A stretch of 64,000 bases of DNA from an uncultured Bacteroidota bacterium (GTDB taxonomy: Bacteria; Bacteroidota; Bacteroidia; Bacteroidales; GWA2-32-17). Shown one piece after another: positions 47,790 to 57,850 of this stretch (positions within the stretch are counted from its first letter, which is position 1; every line of letters starts with the position of its first letter). A program made the position numbers and the translations under genes. Under the pieces are notes generated by a model. The model worked only from the letters and a program-made list of their open reading frames with translations, was not told the origin of the DNA and searched no databases. The stretch covers positions 38-64,037 of the forward strand of contig CAIQJL010000264.1 of the NCBI GenBank assembly GCA_903872185.1, given 5' to 3'.

Positions 47790-49204
47790 TGAATAAACGT
47801 TTACAAACTTCAAAATATATTATTTCCGATTTTATTGCTGGAAGCATAAGTTGGGGTTTGTTTTATATTCTAAGAAAAATTCTTATCGAGTCAGCTTTTT
47901 TTGGTTACCAAATTGAAATAATTTATGACAGACAATTTTATCTAGGACTTATTGTAATCCCTTTTTTCTGGATATTTTTAAACTACCTCTCAGGTTACTA
48001 TAAAGACATTTACCGAAAATCGCGATTAAAAGAATTAGGACAAACAATTACAGTTTCAATAATCGGCGTTATTATTATTTTCTTTGTTATAATTTTAGAC
48101 GATTATGTTTTTTCGTATAAAAATTACTACCGCTCAATTCTAATGCTTTTAGGGCTTCAGTTTATTATTACATATATTCCACGATTAATTTTAACAACGC
48201 GCATAGTACACAAAATTCAAAACAGAATATTTGGGTTTAACACTTTGCTTATTGGAAGTAACAGAAAAGCTTTAGAATTATATGAAGAAATGGAGGCTGA
48301 ACAGAAATCGGCAGGAAATAAATTTATAGGATTTGTTAGTGTTACCGAAAAATCGAAATATTTATTAGACAAAAACCTGAAGTTCTTAGGTAACGTAAAC
48401 GACCTTTCTTTAATTATCGACAATAATAAAATTGAAGAAGTAATTATTGCAATTGAAACATCAGAACACGACCAGATAAATTCAATAATTAACAAAATAG
48501 ATAACAAAAATCTAGTCGTAAAAGTTATACCTACATTATATGATATTCTTACAGGTAGTGTTAGAATGTCTTCACTATATTCTGCACCATTAATTCAAAT
48601 TTCACGTGACTTAATGCCAGAATGGCAATTAAATGTAAAAAGATTACTCGATATTTTATTGTCTATAATTGCAATCATTATACTATTACCAGCTTATATA
48701 TTTTTAATAATTGGAGTAAAATTATCTTCACCTGGCCCTATTTTATATACTCACGAAAGAATTGGAAGATATGGAAAACCATTTAAAATATATAAATTTA
48801 GGTCAATGTTTATAAATGCAGAAAGCAATGGCCCCGCCCTTTCTAGCGATAATGACAGCCGAATTACAAAGTTCGGAAAGTTTATGCGTAAAATTCGCCT
48901 CGATGAAGTTCCTCAATTTTTTAATGTAATTAAAGGCGATATGGCATTAGTTGGACCACGTCCCGAACGCCAGTATTTTATTGACCAGATAATAAAAGAA
49001 GCACCACATTATTCACATCTTCAAAAAGTAAGACCAGGCATAACCTCATGGGGACAAGTTAAATTTGGCTATGCCGAAAATGTTGAAGAAATGATTGAAA
49101 GACTTAAGTACGATCTAATATATATTGAAAACATGTCGCTGTATATCGACTTTAAAATTATGATTTATACAGTAAAAATAATTTTACAGCGTAGGGGAAA
49201 ATAA
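47789..49204 (+). CDS. polyprenyl glycosylphosphotransferase (bacterial sugar transferase, WbaP/EpsE-like)
   Basis: 471-aa ORF. N-terminal TM helices. C-terminal catalytic blocks KRLLDILLS..., PGPILYTHERIG, KFRSM, DEVPQFFNVIKGDMALVGPRP. Confidence 0.9.
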   Translation: MNKRLQTSKYIISDFIAGSISWGLFYILRKILIESAFFGYQIEIIYDRQFYLGLIVIPFFWIFLNYLSGYYKDIYRKSRLKELGQTITVSIIGVIIIFFVIILDDYVFSYKNYYRSILMLLGLQFIITYIPRLILTTRIVHKIQNRIFGFNTLLIGSNRKALELYEEMEAEQKSAGNKFIGFVSVTEKSKYLLDKNLKFLGNVNDLSLIIDNNKIEEVIIAIETSEHDQINSIINKIDNKNLVVKVIPTLYDILTGSVRMSSLYSAPLIQISRDLMPEWQLNVKRLLDILLSIIAIIILLPAYIFLIIGVKLSSPGPILYTHERIGRYGKPFKIYKFRSMFINAESNGPALSSDNDSRITKFGKFMRKIRLDEVPQFFNVIKGDMALVGPRPERQYFIDQIIKEAPHYSHLQKVRPGITSWGQVKFGYAENVEEMIERLKYDLIYIENMSLYIDFKIMIYTVKIILQRRGK

Positions 49205-49324
49205 AACTCTAATTCTATTAAGCTTTCATTAAAATTCATCTGCTATGGAAAGCGAAATTGCTTAAAAGTCTTTCTTATTAAGATTTTTTGTACTTTCGTA
49301 ATCTTAACCTAAATATTAGTTACA

Positions 49325-49981
49325 ATGAATCATCCTAAAAAAATTGCCGTTATACTTTCTGGATGCGGTGTTTATGATGGTGCTGAAATTCACGAAGCAA
49401 CCCTAACCCTTTTAGCTATAAAAAAACAAGGTGCCGAATATGAAATATTTGCCCCTGATATCGAACAACACCATGTAATTAATCACTATACTGGTAAAGA
49501 AATGGGTGAAAAACGAAATGTATTAGTTGAATCTGCACGTATTGCACGTGGAAAAATAAAACCATTACAAAATTTTAAAGCATCTGATTTTGATGGATTA
49601 GTATTTCCCGGAGGATTTGGTGCTGCAAAAAACTTATCAGATTATGCTTTTAATGGTTCAGATGCAAAAGTAAATACAGAAGTTTCAAAAGCGATTATCG
49701 ATATGGCAACTGCCAACAAGCCTATTGGCGCACTATGCATAGCACCAACACTTATATCAAAAGTTCTTGGAGATATAACTTTAACAATTGGCAACGACGA
49801 AAACTCGATCAGCAACATTACCAAAATGGGCTCAACACATATACAAACTAAGCAATGTGAAGTAGTTGTTGACAGTAAAAATAAAATCGTAACAAATCCT
49901 TGTTATATGTTAGAATCAAGTATTGTTCAAATTGCCGAAGGTGCAGAAAATGTAATAAAGGAAATGATTAAGATTATGTAA
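49325..49981 (+). CDS. elbB: DJ-1/PfpI family protein ElbB (isoprenoid biosynthesis glyoxalase-like)
   Basis: 218-aa ORF. KIAVILSGCGVYDGAEIHEATLTLLAI is nearly identical in pattern to the E. coli ElbB N-terminus. Nucleophile elbow GALCIAP. Confidence 0.85.
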   Translation: MNHPKKIAVILSGCGVYDGAEIHEATLTLLAIKKQGAEYEIFAPDIEQHHVINHYTGKEMGEKRNVLVESARIARGKIKPLQNFKASDFDGLVFPGGFGAAKNLSDYAFNGSDAKVNTEVSKAIIDMATANKPIGALCIAPTLISKVLGDITLTIGNDENSISNITKMGSTHIQTKQCEVVVDSKNKIVTNPCYMLESSIVQIAEGAENVIKEMIKIM

Positions 49982-50041
49982 TATTTTTATTGCCATCAAA
50001 ATACTAAGACACAAAATTTCACGAAAACATCACTTTATTTT

Positions 50042-50096
50042 AACTTTAAGTACTTTAAACTTTAAGTACTTTAGGCACTTTTTTTATATATTTACA
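50042..50096 (+). promoter_or_regulatory. tandem 16-nt unit array plus -7-like box upstream of mutS
   Basis: AACTTTAAGTACTTTA occurs twice (50042-50057 and 50058-50073), then GGCAC-T7-ATATATTTACA. The same architecture lies upstream of polA (60769-60822, minus strand). Confidence 0.6.
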
Positions 50097-50120
50097 TCTC
50101 AAAAAAACTAATAATTTAGA

Positions 50121-52727
50121 ATGGCTGCCAACGAGAATACACCTTTGATGAAGCAATATAATAGCATCAAATCAAAATACCCTGATGCTATATTACTTTT
50201 CAGAGTTGGCGATTTTTACGAAACTTTTGGCGACGATGCAATAAAAGCATCAGGCATTTTAGGTATCACTCTAACAAGTCGCAATGCAGGCTATGCTTCC
50301 GAATCACCACTAGCTGGTTTTCCTTATCATGCATTAGATACGTATTTACCAAAATTAGTGAGAGCTGGACAAAGAGTTGCAATTTGTGACCAACTTGAAG
50401 ATCCTAAACTTACAAAAAACATTGTAAAAAGAGGTGTTACAGAACTTGTAACTCCGGGCGTTACAACACACGATAACGTTCTTACACATCGCGAAAATAA
50501 TTTTCTTGCTTGTATTCATATCGAAAAAAAGATTGCAGGAGTTGCATTTCTTGATATTTCTACCGGCGAATTTATGGCATCAGAAGGCTCTATCGAACAA
50601 GCTGAGAAACTATTACAAAGCTTTCAACCAAAAGAAGTGCTCTATGAAAGATCAAAACATCAAGAAATAAATGAGCTTTTTGGTAATAAATTTTATATTT
50701 ATAAACTTGATGAATGGATGTTTCAAAAAGATGCTGCAAGCGATCGTTTGATGAAACATTTTGGAACAACTTCTTTAAAAGGCTTTGGAGTTCACGATTT
50801 AAGTACAGGAATTGTTGCTGCTGGTGCAATAATGCAATATCTTGATATCACGCAACACGATAAACTACAACACATCACAAGCCTTTCACGTATAGATCAT
50901 GAAGAATTTGTTTGGTTAGATAAATTCACAGTCCGTAATCTCGAACTTTTTAGATCGGCCAATGAAAATGCTAAAACCCTTATAGATGTTATAGACCATA
51001 CCTTAACACCAATGGGAACACGAATGCTTCGAAGATGGATTGCATTTCCATTAAAAGATTTAGAAGCAATAAATCATCGTCAAAATTCTGCTGAATATTT
51101 AATAAATAATCAGGAAACCAACTCTAATTTAATTTCTCACATTAAACAAGTTGGTGATTTGGAAAGATTGGTCTCAAAGGTTGCAGTAGCAAAGGTTACT
51201 CCAAGAGAAGTTGTTCAACTTAAAATTGCACTTAATGTTATAATACCTATTAAAGAAACCTGTAACATAAGTAATGAAACAAATCTTAAACATATTGCAG
51301 AACAATTAAACCCTTGCATTTCAATTCTTGAAAGAATATCAAAAGAAATAAAACCAGATCCCCCTGTTCAGATTTCAAAAGGAGATGTAATTTCTGAAGG
51401 AGTATCAAAAGAATTAGATGATTTAAGAGCTATTGCTCATCACGGCAAAGATTATTTATTTCAATTACAACAACGTGAAGCAGAAAGAACTCAGATTCCT
51501 TCACTTAAAATTAGCTTTAACAATGTTTTTGGTTATTATATTGAAGTAAGAAATACCCATAAGGATAAAGTACCTGCGGATTGGATAAGAAAACAAACTC
51601 TTGTAAGTGCCGAAAGATATATTACTGCTGAATTAAAAGAATATGAAGAAAAAATATTCGGAGCAGAAGAAAAAATTCTTCATCTAGAAACTACACTTTT
51701 TAATAACCTTGTTGCGTCAATAGCAGAATTTATTCAAACTCTTCAGCTAAATGCATCACTAATCGCACGCTTAGATTGTTTATTATCTTTTTCTAAACTT
51801 GCAACTGAAAATAATTATTGCAAACCTGAACTTAACAATTCTGATATTATTAATATTAAAGCTGGCCGACATCCTGTTATCGAGAAACAACTACCACCCG
51901 ATCAGCCATATATTGCAAACGATGTTTTATTAGATTCTAACAACCAACAAATAATGATTATTACCGGACCAAATATGTCTGGTAAATCTGCTTTACTCAG
52001 ACAAACTGCACTTATTGTTCTTCTTGCTCAAATTGGAAGTTATGTTCCTGCAGCCAATGCAAATATTGGGATTGTTGATAAAATATTTACACGCGTTGGT
52101 GCTTCTGATAACATTTCACAGGGAGAATCTACTTTCATGGTTGAGATGATTGAGACTGCAAGTATTTTAAATAACATTTCTACAAAAAGCCTTATACTAC
52201 TTGACGAAATTGGTCGTGGTACGAGTACCTATGACGGGATTTCAATTGCTTGGGCTATATCTGAATATATACACGAACATTCACAAACAAGAGCTAAGAC
52301 ACTTTTTGCAACTCATTATCACGAGCTAAATGAAATGGCAAATTCTTTTAAAAGAATTAAAAACTTTCATGTAAGCGTTAAAGAAATTGGAAACAAAGTA
52401 ATTTTTATGCGTACACTACAGCCAGGTGGTACAGAGCATAGTTTTGGTATTCACGTTGCCGAAATGGCCGGTATGCCAAAATCAGTTGTTAAAAGAAGTG
52501 CGGAAATTTTAAAAGATTTAGAAAAATCGCACAAGAAAAATTCACTTACAAAACCTGTAAGTGAAATTGCTGACCACAGAGAAGGATTGCAACTTTCATT
52601 CTTTCAGCTTGACGATCCAGTTCTAAAACAGATACGAGATGAGATAAAAAATCTTGACATAAATAATCTTACTCCTGTTGATGCGCTTAACAAATTAAAC
52701 GAAATAAAAAGAATTACAGGAATTTAA
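50121..52727 (+). CDS. mutS: DNA mismatch repair protein MutS
   Basis: 868-aa ORF. N-terminal TPLMKQY...GDFYE mismatch-binding block, Walker A GPNMSGKS, and blocks [12 protein letters not shown] and THYHEL. Confidence 0.97.
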   Translation: MAANENTPLMKQYNSIKSKYPDAILLFRVGDFYETFGDDAIKASGILGITLTSRNAGYASESPLAGFPYHALDTYLPKLVRAGQRVAICDQLEDPKLTKNIVKRGVTELVTPGVTTHDNVLTHRENNFLACIHIEKKIAGVAFLDISTGEFMASEGSIEQAEKLLQSFQPKEVLYERSKHQEINELFGNKFYIYKLDEWMFQKDAASDRLMKHFGTTSLKGFGVHDLSTGIVAAGAIMQYLDITQHDKLQHITSLSRIDHEEFVWLDKFTVRNLELFRSANENAKTLIDVIDHTLTPMGTRMLRRWIAFPLKDLEAINHRQNSAEYLINNQETNSNLISHIKQVGDLERLVSKVAVAKVTPREVVQLKIALNVIIPIKETCNISNETNLKHIAEQLNPCISILERISKEIKPDPPVQISKGDVISEGVSKELDDLRAIAHHGKDYLFQLQQREAERTQIPSLKISFNNVFGYYIEVRNTHKDKVPADWIRKQTLVSAERYITAELKEYEEKIFGAEEKILHLETTLFNNLVASIAEFIQTLQLNASLIARLDCLLSFSKLATENNYCKPELNNSDIINIKAGRHPVIEKQLPPDQPYIANDVLLDSNNQQIMIITGPNMSGKSALLRQTALIVLLAQIGSYVPAANANIGIVDKIFTRVGASDNISQGESTFMVEMIETASILNNISTKSLILLDEIGRGTSTYDGISIAWAISEYIHEHSQTRAKTLFATHYHELNEMANSFKRIKNFHVSVKEIGNKVIFMRTLQPGGTEHSFGIHVAEMAGMPKSVVKRSAEILKDLEKSHKKNSLTKPVSEIADHREGLQLSFFQLDDPVLKQIRDEIKNLDINNLTPVDALNKLNEIKRITGI

Positions 52728-52729
52728 AT

Positions 52730-53068
52730 ATGAAAACAAAGGATACATTTATTTCATTATTTATCCTATTCACTCTATTTTCTTGCGAAGGTCCGAAATA
52801 TTTTTCTGTGACGGTTGTTGACAAACTAACCAAACATCCCATAGATAGCGTTCTTGTTAAGGTAATAGTTAAAGCCGGGAAAAAAGAAAAGTCTGCATAT
52901 AACTTACAAGGTTATACCGATTCTGCTGGAAAATTTATACGAGATGAAATGATTGGCTATGGATTAAGCATGAGAAAATGGGATTTTTATATGGAATACG
53001 ATAAAACAGGTTATCAACACAAATCAGAATTAAACAATACTGAGGGAACTGTTGAGTTGGAACATTAA
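52730..53068 (+). CDS. hypothetical lipoprotein
   Basis: 112-aa ORF. Signal LFILFTLFSC. Lies 2 bp after mutS. Its last 4 bp overlap the 3' end of the convergent photolyase gene. Confidence 0.5.
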   Translation: MKTKDTFISLFILFTLFSCEGPKYFSVTVVDKLTKHPIDSVLVKVIVKAGKKEKSAYNLQGYTDSAGKFIRDEMIGYGLSMRKWDFYMEYDKTGYQHKSELNNTEGTVELEH

Positions 53069-54375
53069 AATTTCAATGCCCTTTTATAAACTTCAATTGT
53101 GTTTTTTGCAGTTAATTTAGCATCAACTATTGGTTTTGCATACTTATTTGTTCCAAATTCAGGAACCCATTTATTTATATATTTTTGATTTTTATCGAAT
53201 TTCTGAGCCTGAAGCATAGGACTAAATATTCTGAAATATGGTGCTGCATCACATCCCGAACCAGCTGCCCATTGCCAGTTTCCAACATTTGAGGCTAAAT
53301 CGTAATCTAGTAGTTTCTCAGCAAAATATGCTTCACCCCAACGCCAATCGATTAATAAATTTTTACATAAAAAACTTGCAGTTACCATTCTTACACGATT
53401 ATGCATAAATCCCGTTTTGTTTAATTCACGCATTCCTGCATCTACTAATGCATAACCAGTTTTCCCAATGCACCATTTTTCAAATTCTTGCTCGTTGTTT
53501 CGCCACTCAATTCTATCGTATGCAGGTTTAAATGATTTATATGCAGATTGTGGAAAATGATAAATTATCATCATAAAAAATTCACGCCATATTAATTCAT
53601 TTAACCACACAATGCTTAACTCAACAGCCATCCTTACCAATTCTCTTATACTAACTGTACCAAACCTTAAATGAAGCCCTAGTTTAGAAGTATTATATTC
53701 GGGAAAATTTCGAGTAAATTCATAATTCTTTACAATTACTTCATCTAAATAACTAGTTGGCATTTCGAGATTAGATTTTATAAAACCTAATTCTGTTAAA
53801 GATATTAGTGATTTATTTTCAGAAATATAAAAATTATTAAAATATTTTTTAGTTTGAATGGTGTTACAACAATTTTCATTATACTTTAGTTTCCATTGCT
53901 TCATGTATGGGGTAAATATAGTATATGGCTTACCATCTGACTTTAAAATATCTCCTTTCTCAAATATTACCTGATCTTTATAAGAAAGAAACTCAATTCC
54001 CTGTATATTTAAAAAAGCAGATACTTCATTATCTCTTGTTATTGCATAAGGTTCATAATCGTTATTTGCATAAACTTTTTTTACACAATAATTATTAATT
54101 ATGTATTTAAATGCTTCTATCGGATTACTATAAATAGATATTATTGTAGAACTATATTTTTTAAGTTCAACGTTTAAACATTCTATCTGACTATGAATAA
54201 AACTAACCCTTGCATCATTTTTATCTGATAATTTTTCTAAAATATTTTTATCAAAAATAAAAATCGGCAATACTTTTAAACCACTTTTTAAAGCATGAAA
54301 TAATCCGGAATTATCATATAAACGTAAATCTCTTCTAAACCAGAATATAGCTACATTCTCTTTTTGATTATTCAT
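53065..54375 (-). CDS. deoxyribodipyrimidine photolyase / cryptochrome family protein
   Basis: 436-aa ORF. N-terminal IFWFRRDLRLYDN. C-terminal FAD-binding blocks TGYALVDAGMREL, GFMHNRVRM and NWQWAAGSGCDAAPYFRIF. Confidence 0.9.
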   Translation of the reverse strand: MNNQKENVAIFWFRRDLRLYDNSGLFHALKSGLKVLPIFIFDKNILEKLSDKNDARVSFIHSQIECLNVELKKYSSTIISIYSNPIEAFKYIINNYCVKKVYANNDYEPYAITRDNEVSAFLNIQGIEFLSYKDQVIFEKGDILKSDGKPYTIFTPYMKQWKLKYNENCCNTIQTKKYFNNFYISENKSLISLTELGFIKSNLEMPTSYLDEVIVKNYEFTRNFPEYNTSKLGLHLRFGTVSIRELVRMAVELSIVWLNELIWREFFMMIIYHFPQSAYKSFKPAYDRIEWRNNEQEFEKWCIGKTGYALVDAGMRELNKTGFMHNRVRMVTASFLCKNLLIDWRWGEAYFAEKLLDYDLASNVGNWQWAAGSGCDAAPYFRIFSPMLQAQKFDKNQKYINKWVPEFGTNKYAKPIVDAKLTAKNTIEVYKRALKF

Positions 54376-54383
54376 AAATTAAA

Positions 54384-55304
54384 TCATACATACACCATTT
54401 TCTTCGCATCTAACTCACTTTCACCATCCCACCTATAAGCAGACAAATAACCACCCTTTGCTGCACCAAAATCTAAACAACATGCATTATTTCTTAATAA
54501 ATATGGTAATGATTGAAACCAATAATGACCAAAAAATATTGGTCTTTCTGTTTCTTCATATGACTTAAAGTCGGGAAATAATTCTGGTGTAACTGTTACA
54601 TCAGGATATTTTATTGGTTTATTTGTAATTATACTTTGAGTTAATGGCTTATAATAAATATTCTGCCACCATTTTACTCTTAGCTTAACTGGTTTTTCAA
54701 TTTTACCATTAATGAATAACGACATCTTTTTACCTTCAACAGTTTCATTAATTGCACGTTTTAACTTCCTTTCTTTCTTTGGTTTTTCGCCATTAAAAGA
54801 TAAAAATAACTCATTCAAATTTTTATATTTTGCAAGTTGTTCAATATTTTCTTCAGACCAACAAGCATGAACTGCTCTGAATTTGATGTTTTTAATATAA
54901 AGAGGCAAACACATTAACCATTCAGCATAAACACTTAATTCATCAATATTTTTTGAAAATTCTGAAAGCAAAGTTTCATAATCGGGCAATAAAGGAGATT
55001 TTGGAGACGTAAAAGCACTACTTCCGTGCTTAAAAAAATACCATGCTAAAAAATATTCGTGATTACCTAAAATAATGAATGCAGATTTATTCATCCACAT
55101 TTCGTATAATATTTTTAAAGTCTGAATATTATCATTTCCTACATTTATAAAATCACCCAATACAACCAATTGTCTATTATCTGGATGCTTCCAACCCGTT
55201 TCGGTATTTACATACCCTAGCTTTCCTAATAAAATCAGTAACTTTCTACTATTAGCGTGAATATCACCTACAAAATCTAATTTTTCTCTGCCGCTTAACT
55301 CCAT
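54384..55304 (-). CDS. metallophosphoesterase (ApaH/PrpE-like)
   Basis: 306-aa ORF. Motifs GDIHAN, GDFINVG and GNHE. Lies 8 bp upstream of the photolyase gene. Confidence 0.8.
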   Translation of the reverse strand: MELSGREKLDFVGDIHANSRKLLILLGKLGYVNTETGWKHPDNRQLVVLGDFINVGNDNIQTLKILYEMWMNKSAFIILGNHEYFLAWYFFKHGSSAFTSPKSPLLPDYETLLSEFSKNIDELSVYAEWLMCLPLYIKNIKFRAVHACWSEENIEQLAKYKNLNELFLSFNGEKPKKERKLKRAINETVEGKKMSLFINGKIEKPVKLRVKWWQNIYYKPLTQSIITNKPIKYPDVTVTPELFPDFKSYEETERPIFFGHYWFQSLPYLLRNNACCLDFGAAKGGYLSAYRWDGESELDAKKMVYV

Positions 55305-55337
55305 CTTTTATTTTGAAAATACTTTAATCTAAAATTT

Positions 55338-55437
55338 AATGACTTTGTCATTCTGTCCGCCACGGCGGAGAAACGAAGAATCAGGTTTCGAGATAATTAG
55401 ATACTTCACTTTGTTCAGTATGACAAAAGGGAAATTA
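55338..55437. repeat. GC-rich repeat, family A (full copy)
   Basis: The copy reads aatgac-tt-tgtcattctgtccgccacggcggagaaacgaagaatc...cttcactttgttcagtatgacaaaagggaaatta. It has terminal tgtcat/atgaca inverted ends and an internal ccgcc/ggcgg stem. It lies in the divergent promoter region. Confidence 0.7.
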
Positions 55438-55588
55438 AAATAGTATATTATTCACAAAAATAATATACCTATGAGCAAATATAAAAAACATCAGTTTAAA
55501 TAATCATACTCAAACAAAAAGGTTATAAACCGTTATGTAAACAGGTGCATATTGATAGAAATCATATTGTTTGATTAAGCCAAAAAGT

Positions 55589-55596
55589 TATATTTG
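55589..55596 (+). promoter_or_regulatory. candidate -7 promoter box (TATATTTG) for the AOR gene
   Basis: TAnnTTTG match 23 nt upstream of the ATG at 55620, with a TTTG at 55570-55573 as a possible -33 element. Confidence 0.35.
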
Positions 55597-55619
55597 TAAA
55601 AAAATAAAAACTTTTAAAA

Positions 55620-57773
55620 ATGAATGTTCAAGAATTAAAAGCATCGCATAAACTACTGAAAGAGTTCAAATATGACATTACTCCTGTTCAAAAAGGTTAT
55701 GCTGACAAAATTTTATATTTAAATCTATCCAACAACGATATAAAAATAAAAGACGTTCCTCAGGAAATGAAAGATAAATTTACTGGTGGAAGAGGATACG
55801 GTTTAAAACTTTTATGGGATGCTACAAAACCAGATACAAAATGGGATGATCCTGAAAATGAAATAATTATAAACACTGGTCCTATTTGTGGTATTACCCA
55901 ATATTCAGGAACAGGAAAATCTTTAGTTGTTTGTATTTCTCCACAAACTGATATCCCAATAGATAGCAATGTTGGTGGATATTTTGGTCCTTTTCTTAAA
56001 ATTGCTGGTTTCGATTCAATGGAAATTCAGGGTAAAGCAGACCGTGATGTAATTATTTTTATTGATGCTGTTAATGGAAAAGTTGAAGTATTAGATGCAC
56101 CTTTAGAAGCATTAGATAGTCATGTTTTAGGCGAACAACTTCACGAAATGTACGCTAACGACGAAAGAGATATGAAAAACGTTGCAGTTGTATCAGCAGG
56201 TACTGCAGCCGATCATTCGCTTATTGGTATGCTTAATTTTACGTTTTTTGATATGAAACGTAAAAAAGTTAGATTGAAACAAGCAGGTCGTGGTGGTATT
56301 GGAACTGTATTCAGAGATAAAAGAATTAAAGCAATAGTTTGTAAAGTTGCTGGCGTTACAGGCAATTTAAATAATGTTGTTGACCTAGCTCCGATTATGG
56401 AACGCGGTAAAATCTTCAATAAAGAGATGCGCGAACTTGACGATTCACAATGCCAAATGCGTAAAATTGGAACAGCACATCTTACTCATATTATGAATGA
56501 CTACGATTTGTTTCCAACAAATAACTTTAAATACGGAAGTCATAAAGATGCCATAAATGTTCATGCTGATGTTTATAAAGCCCGTTTCACTCAAAACGTC
56601 CCTGACGGTTGTTGGATTGGCTGTAATATGTCATGTGCAAAAGGTGTAGATAACTATAAACTACGCACTGGACCATACAAAGATGATTTGGTAATTGTTG
56701 ACGGACCAGAATATGAAACTGCTGCATCATTAGGTTCTTGCGCAGGAATTTTTGATCCTGACTTTACTATCGAAGCTAATTTTTATTGTGATACATATGG
56801 CATTTGCACTATCAGCTGGGGTACAATTCTTGGTTTTGTGATGGAATGTTATGAGAATGGTATTTTAAATGATGAACGTACAGGTGGTTTAAAACTAAAC
56901 TTTGGAAACTCCGAAAATGCAATGAAATTACTTCACCAATGCTCAAAAGGCGAAGGTTTTGGTAAAATCGCAGGAATGGGTGTTCGCTGGATGAAAAATT
57001 ATTTTATTGAAAAAGGATGGGGCGATCCTCAATTCCTTTTTGATATTGCAATGGAAAATAAAGGGCTTGAATATTCACAATATGTTTCAAAAGAATCGTT
57101 AGCTCAGCAAGGTGGTTACGCAATGACTAACAAAGGACCACAACACGATGAAGCATGGCTAATTTTTATGGATATGGTAAATAACCAGATTCCAACTTTT
57201 GAGAAAAAAGCAGAAGCATTATATTATTTCCCAATGTTCCGCACATGGTTTGGATTAAACGGATTATGCAAACTCCCATGGAACGATGTAGAGCCTGCAA
57301 ATAACCACGAACAGGCCGAACCAGGAAAAGTTGTAGAACATGTTGACAATTATGTAACAATATTCAAAGCAGTAACCGGAATAGAGGTCGATAAAGATTC
57401 TATTATTGTACAATCTGAAAGAGTATATCAGTTCCAAAGAATTTTTAATATTCGCAGAGGATATGGCTTACGCAAACATGATGCACAACCATACCGTGCT
57501 GCAGGTCCAGTTACAGAGGAAGAATACGAATCAAGAGCAGAGCGTTATGACAAACAAATGAAAGAAAAAATTGGTATTGATCCAACTGGAAAATTAACAA
57601 AAGAAAAAGTAGCTATTACAAGAACATTCCGAGAAGACCAATATGAAAAACTTTTAGATGCTGTTTATTTCCGTCGTGGATGGACACCAAATGGAATTCC
57701 TACAATTGAACGCTTAAAATCAATTGGAATGGATTTACCAGAACTGTTAGAAATTGTTACACCTTTGCAATAA
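55620..57773 (+). CDS. aldehyde:ferredoxin oxidoreductase family (tungsto/molybdopterin) enzyme
   Basis: 717-aa ORF. AOR N-terminal domain with FTGGRGYGLKLLW, Cys cluster DGCWIGCNMSC, and EYE/GxD pterin-binding regions. Length resembles the YdhV-like long subgroup. Confidence 0.85.
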   Translation: MNVQELKASHKLLKEFKYDITPVQKGYADKILYLNLSNNDIKIKDVPQEMKDKFTGGRGYGLKLLWDATKPDTKWDDPENEIIINTGPICGITQYSGTGKSLVVCISPQTDIPIDSNVGGYFGPFLKIAGFDSMEIQGKADRDVIIFIDAVNGKVEVLDAPLEALDSHVLGEQLHEMYANDERDMKNVAVVSAGTAADHSLIGMLNFTFFDMKRKKVRLKQAGRGGIGTVFRDKRIKAIVCKVAGVTGNLNNVVDLAPIMERGKIFNKEMRELDDSQCQMRKIGTAHLTHIMNDYDLFPTNNFKYGSHKDAINVHADVYKARFTQNVPDGCWIGCNMSCAKGVDNYKLRTGPYKDDLVIVDGPEYETAASLGSCAGIFDPDFTIEANFYCDTYGICTISWGTILGFVMECYENGILNDERTGGLKLNFGNSENAMKLLHQCSKGEGFGKIAGMGVRWMKNYFIEKGWGDPQFLFDIAMENKGLEYSQYVSKESLAQQGGYAMTNKGPQHDEAWLIFMDMVNNQIPTFEKKAEALYYFPMFRTWFGLNGLCKLPWNDVEPANNHEQAEPGKVVEHVDNYVTIFKAVTGIEVDKDSIIVQSERVYQFQRIFNIRRGYGLRKHDAQPYRAAGPVTEEEYESRAERYDKQMKEKIGIDPTGKLTKEKVAITRTFREDQYEKLLDAVYFRRGWTPNGIPTIERLKSIGMDLPELLEIVTPLQ

Positions 57774-57795
57774 CCTAAATTACTTTATATATAAT

Positions 57796-57830
57796 AAAAG
57801 CCATACAAGTTTTGTATGGCTTTTATATTT
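57796..57830 (+). terminator. rho-independent terminator of the AOR gene
   Basis: 12-bp stem aaaagccataca/tgtatggctttt followed by a T-rich tract. Confidence 0.75.
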
Positions 57831-57850
57831 TTACACAATCACATTACTCC

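Noticed and set aside
50042-50073. Tandem 16-nt direct repeat considered as a CRISPR or minisatellite
   Set aside because: There are only two adjacent units with no spacers and no cas genes. It is better explained as a regulatory array shared with polA.
55315-55329. Third copy of the mutS/polA motif upstream of the metallophosphoesterase-photolyase operon
   Set aside because: Only AAAATACTTTA (about 10 nt) matches, at a different distance from the ATG and without the GGCAC-T-run part. In AT-rich DNA this is compatible with chance. It is mentioned under the polA finding only as a lead.
55438-55619. Possible Moco/Tuco riboswitch upstream of the AOR gene
   Set aside because: The leader is almost pure A/T and lacks the GC-rich conserved stems expected for the Moco RNA motif. 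Only a promoter-like TTTG/TATATTTG pair is visible.
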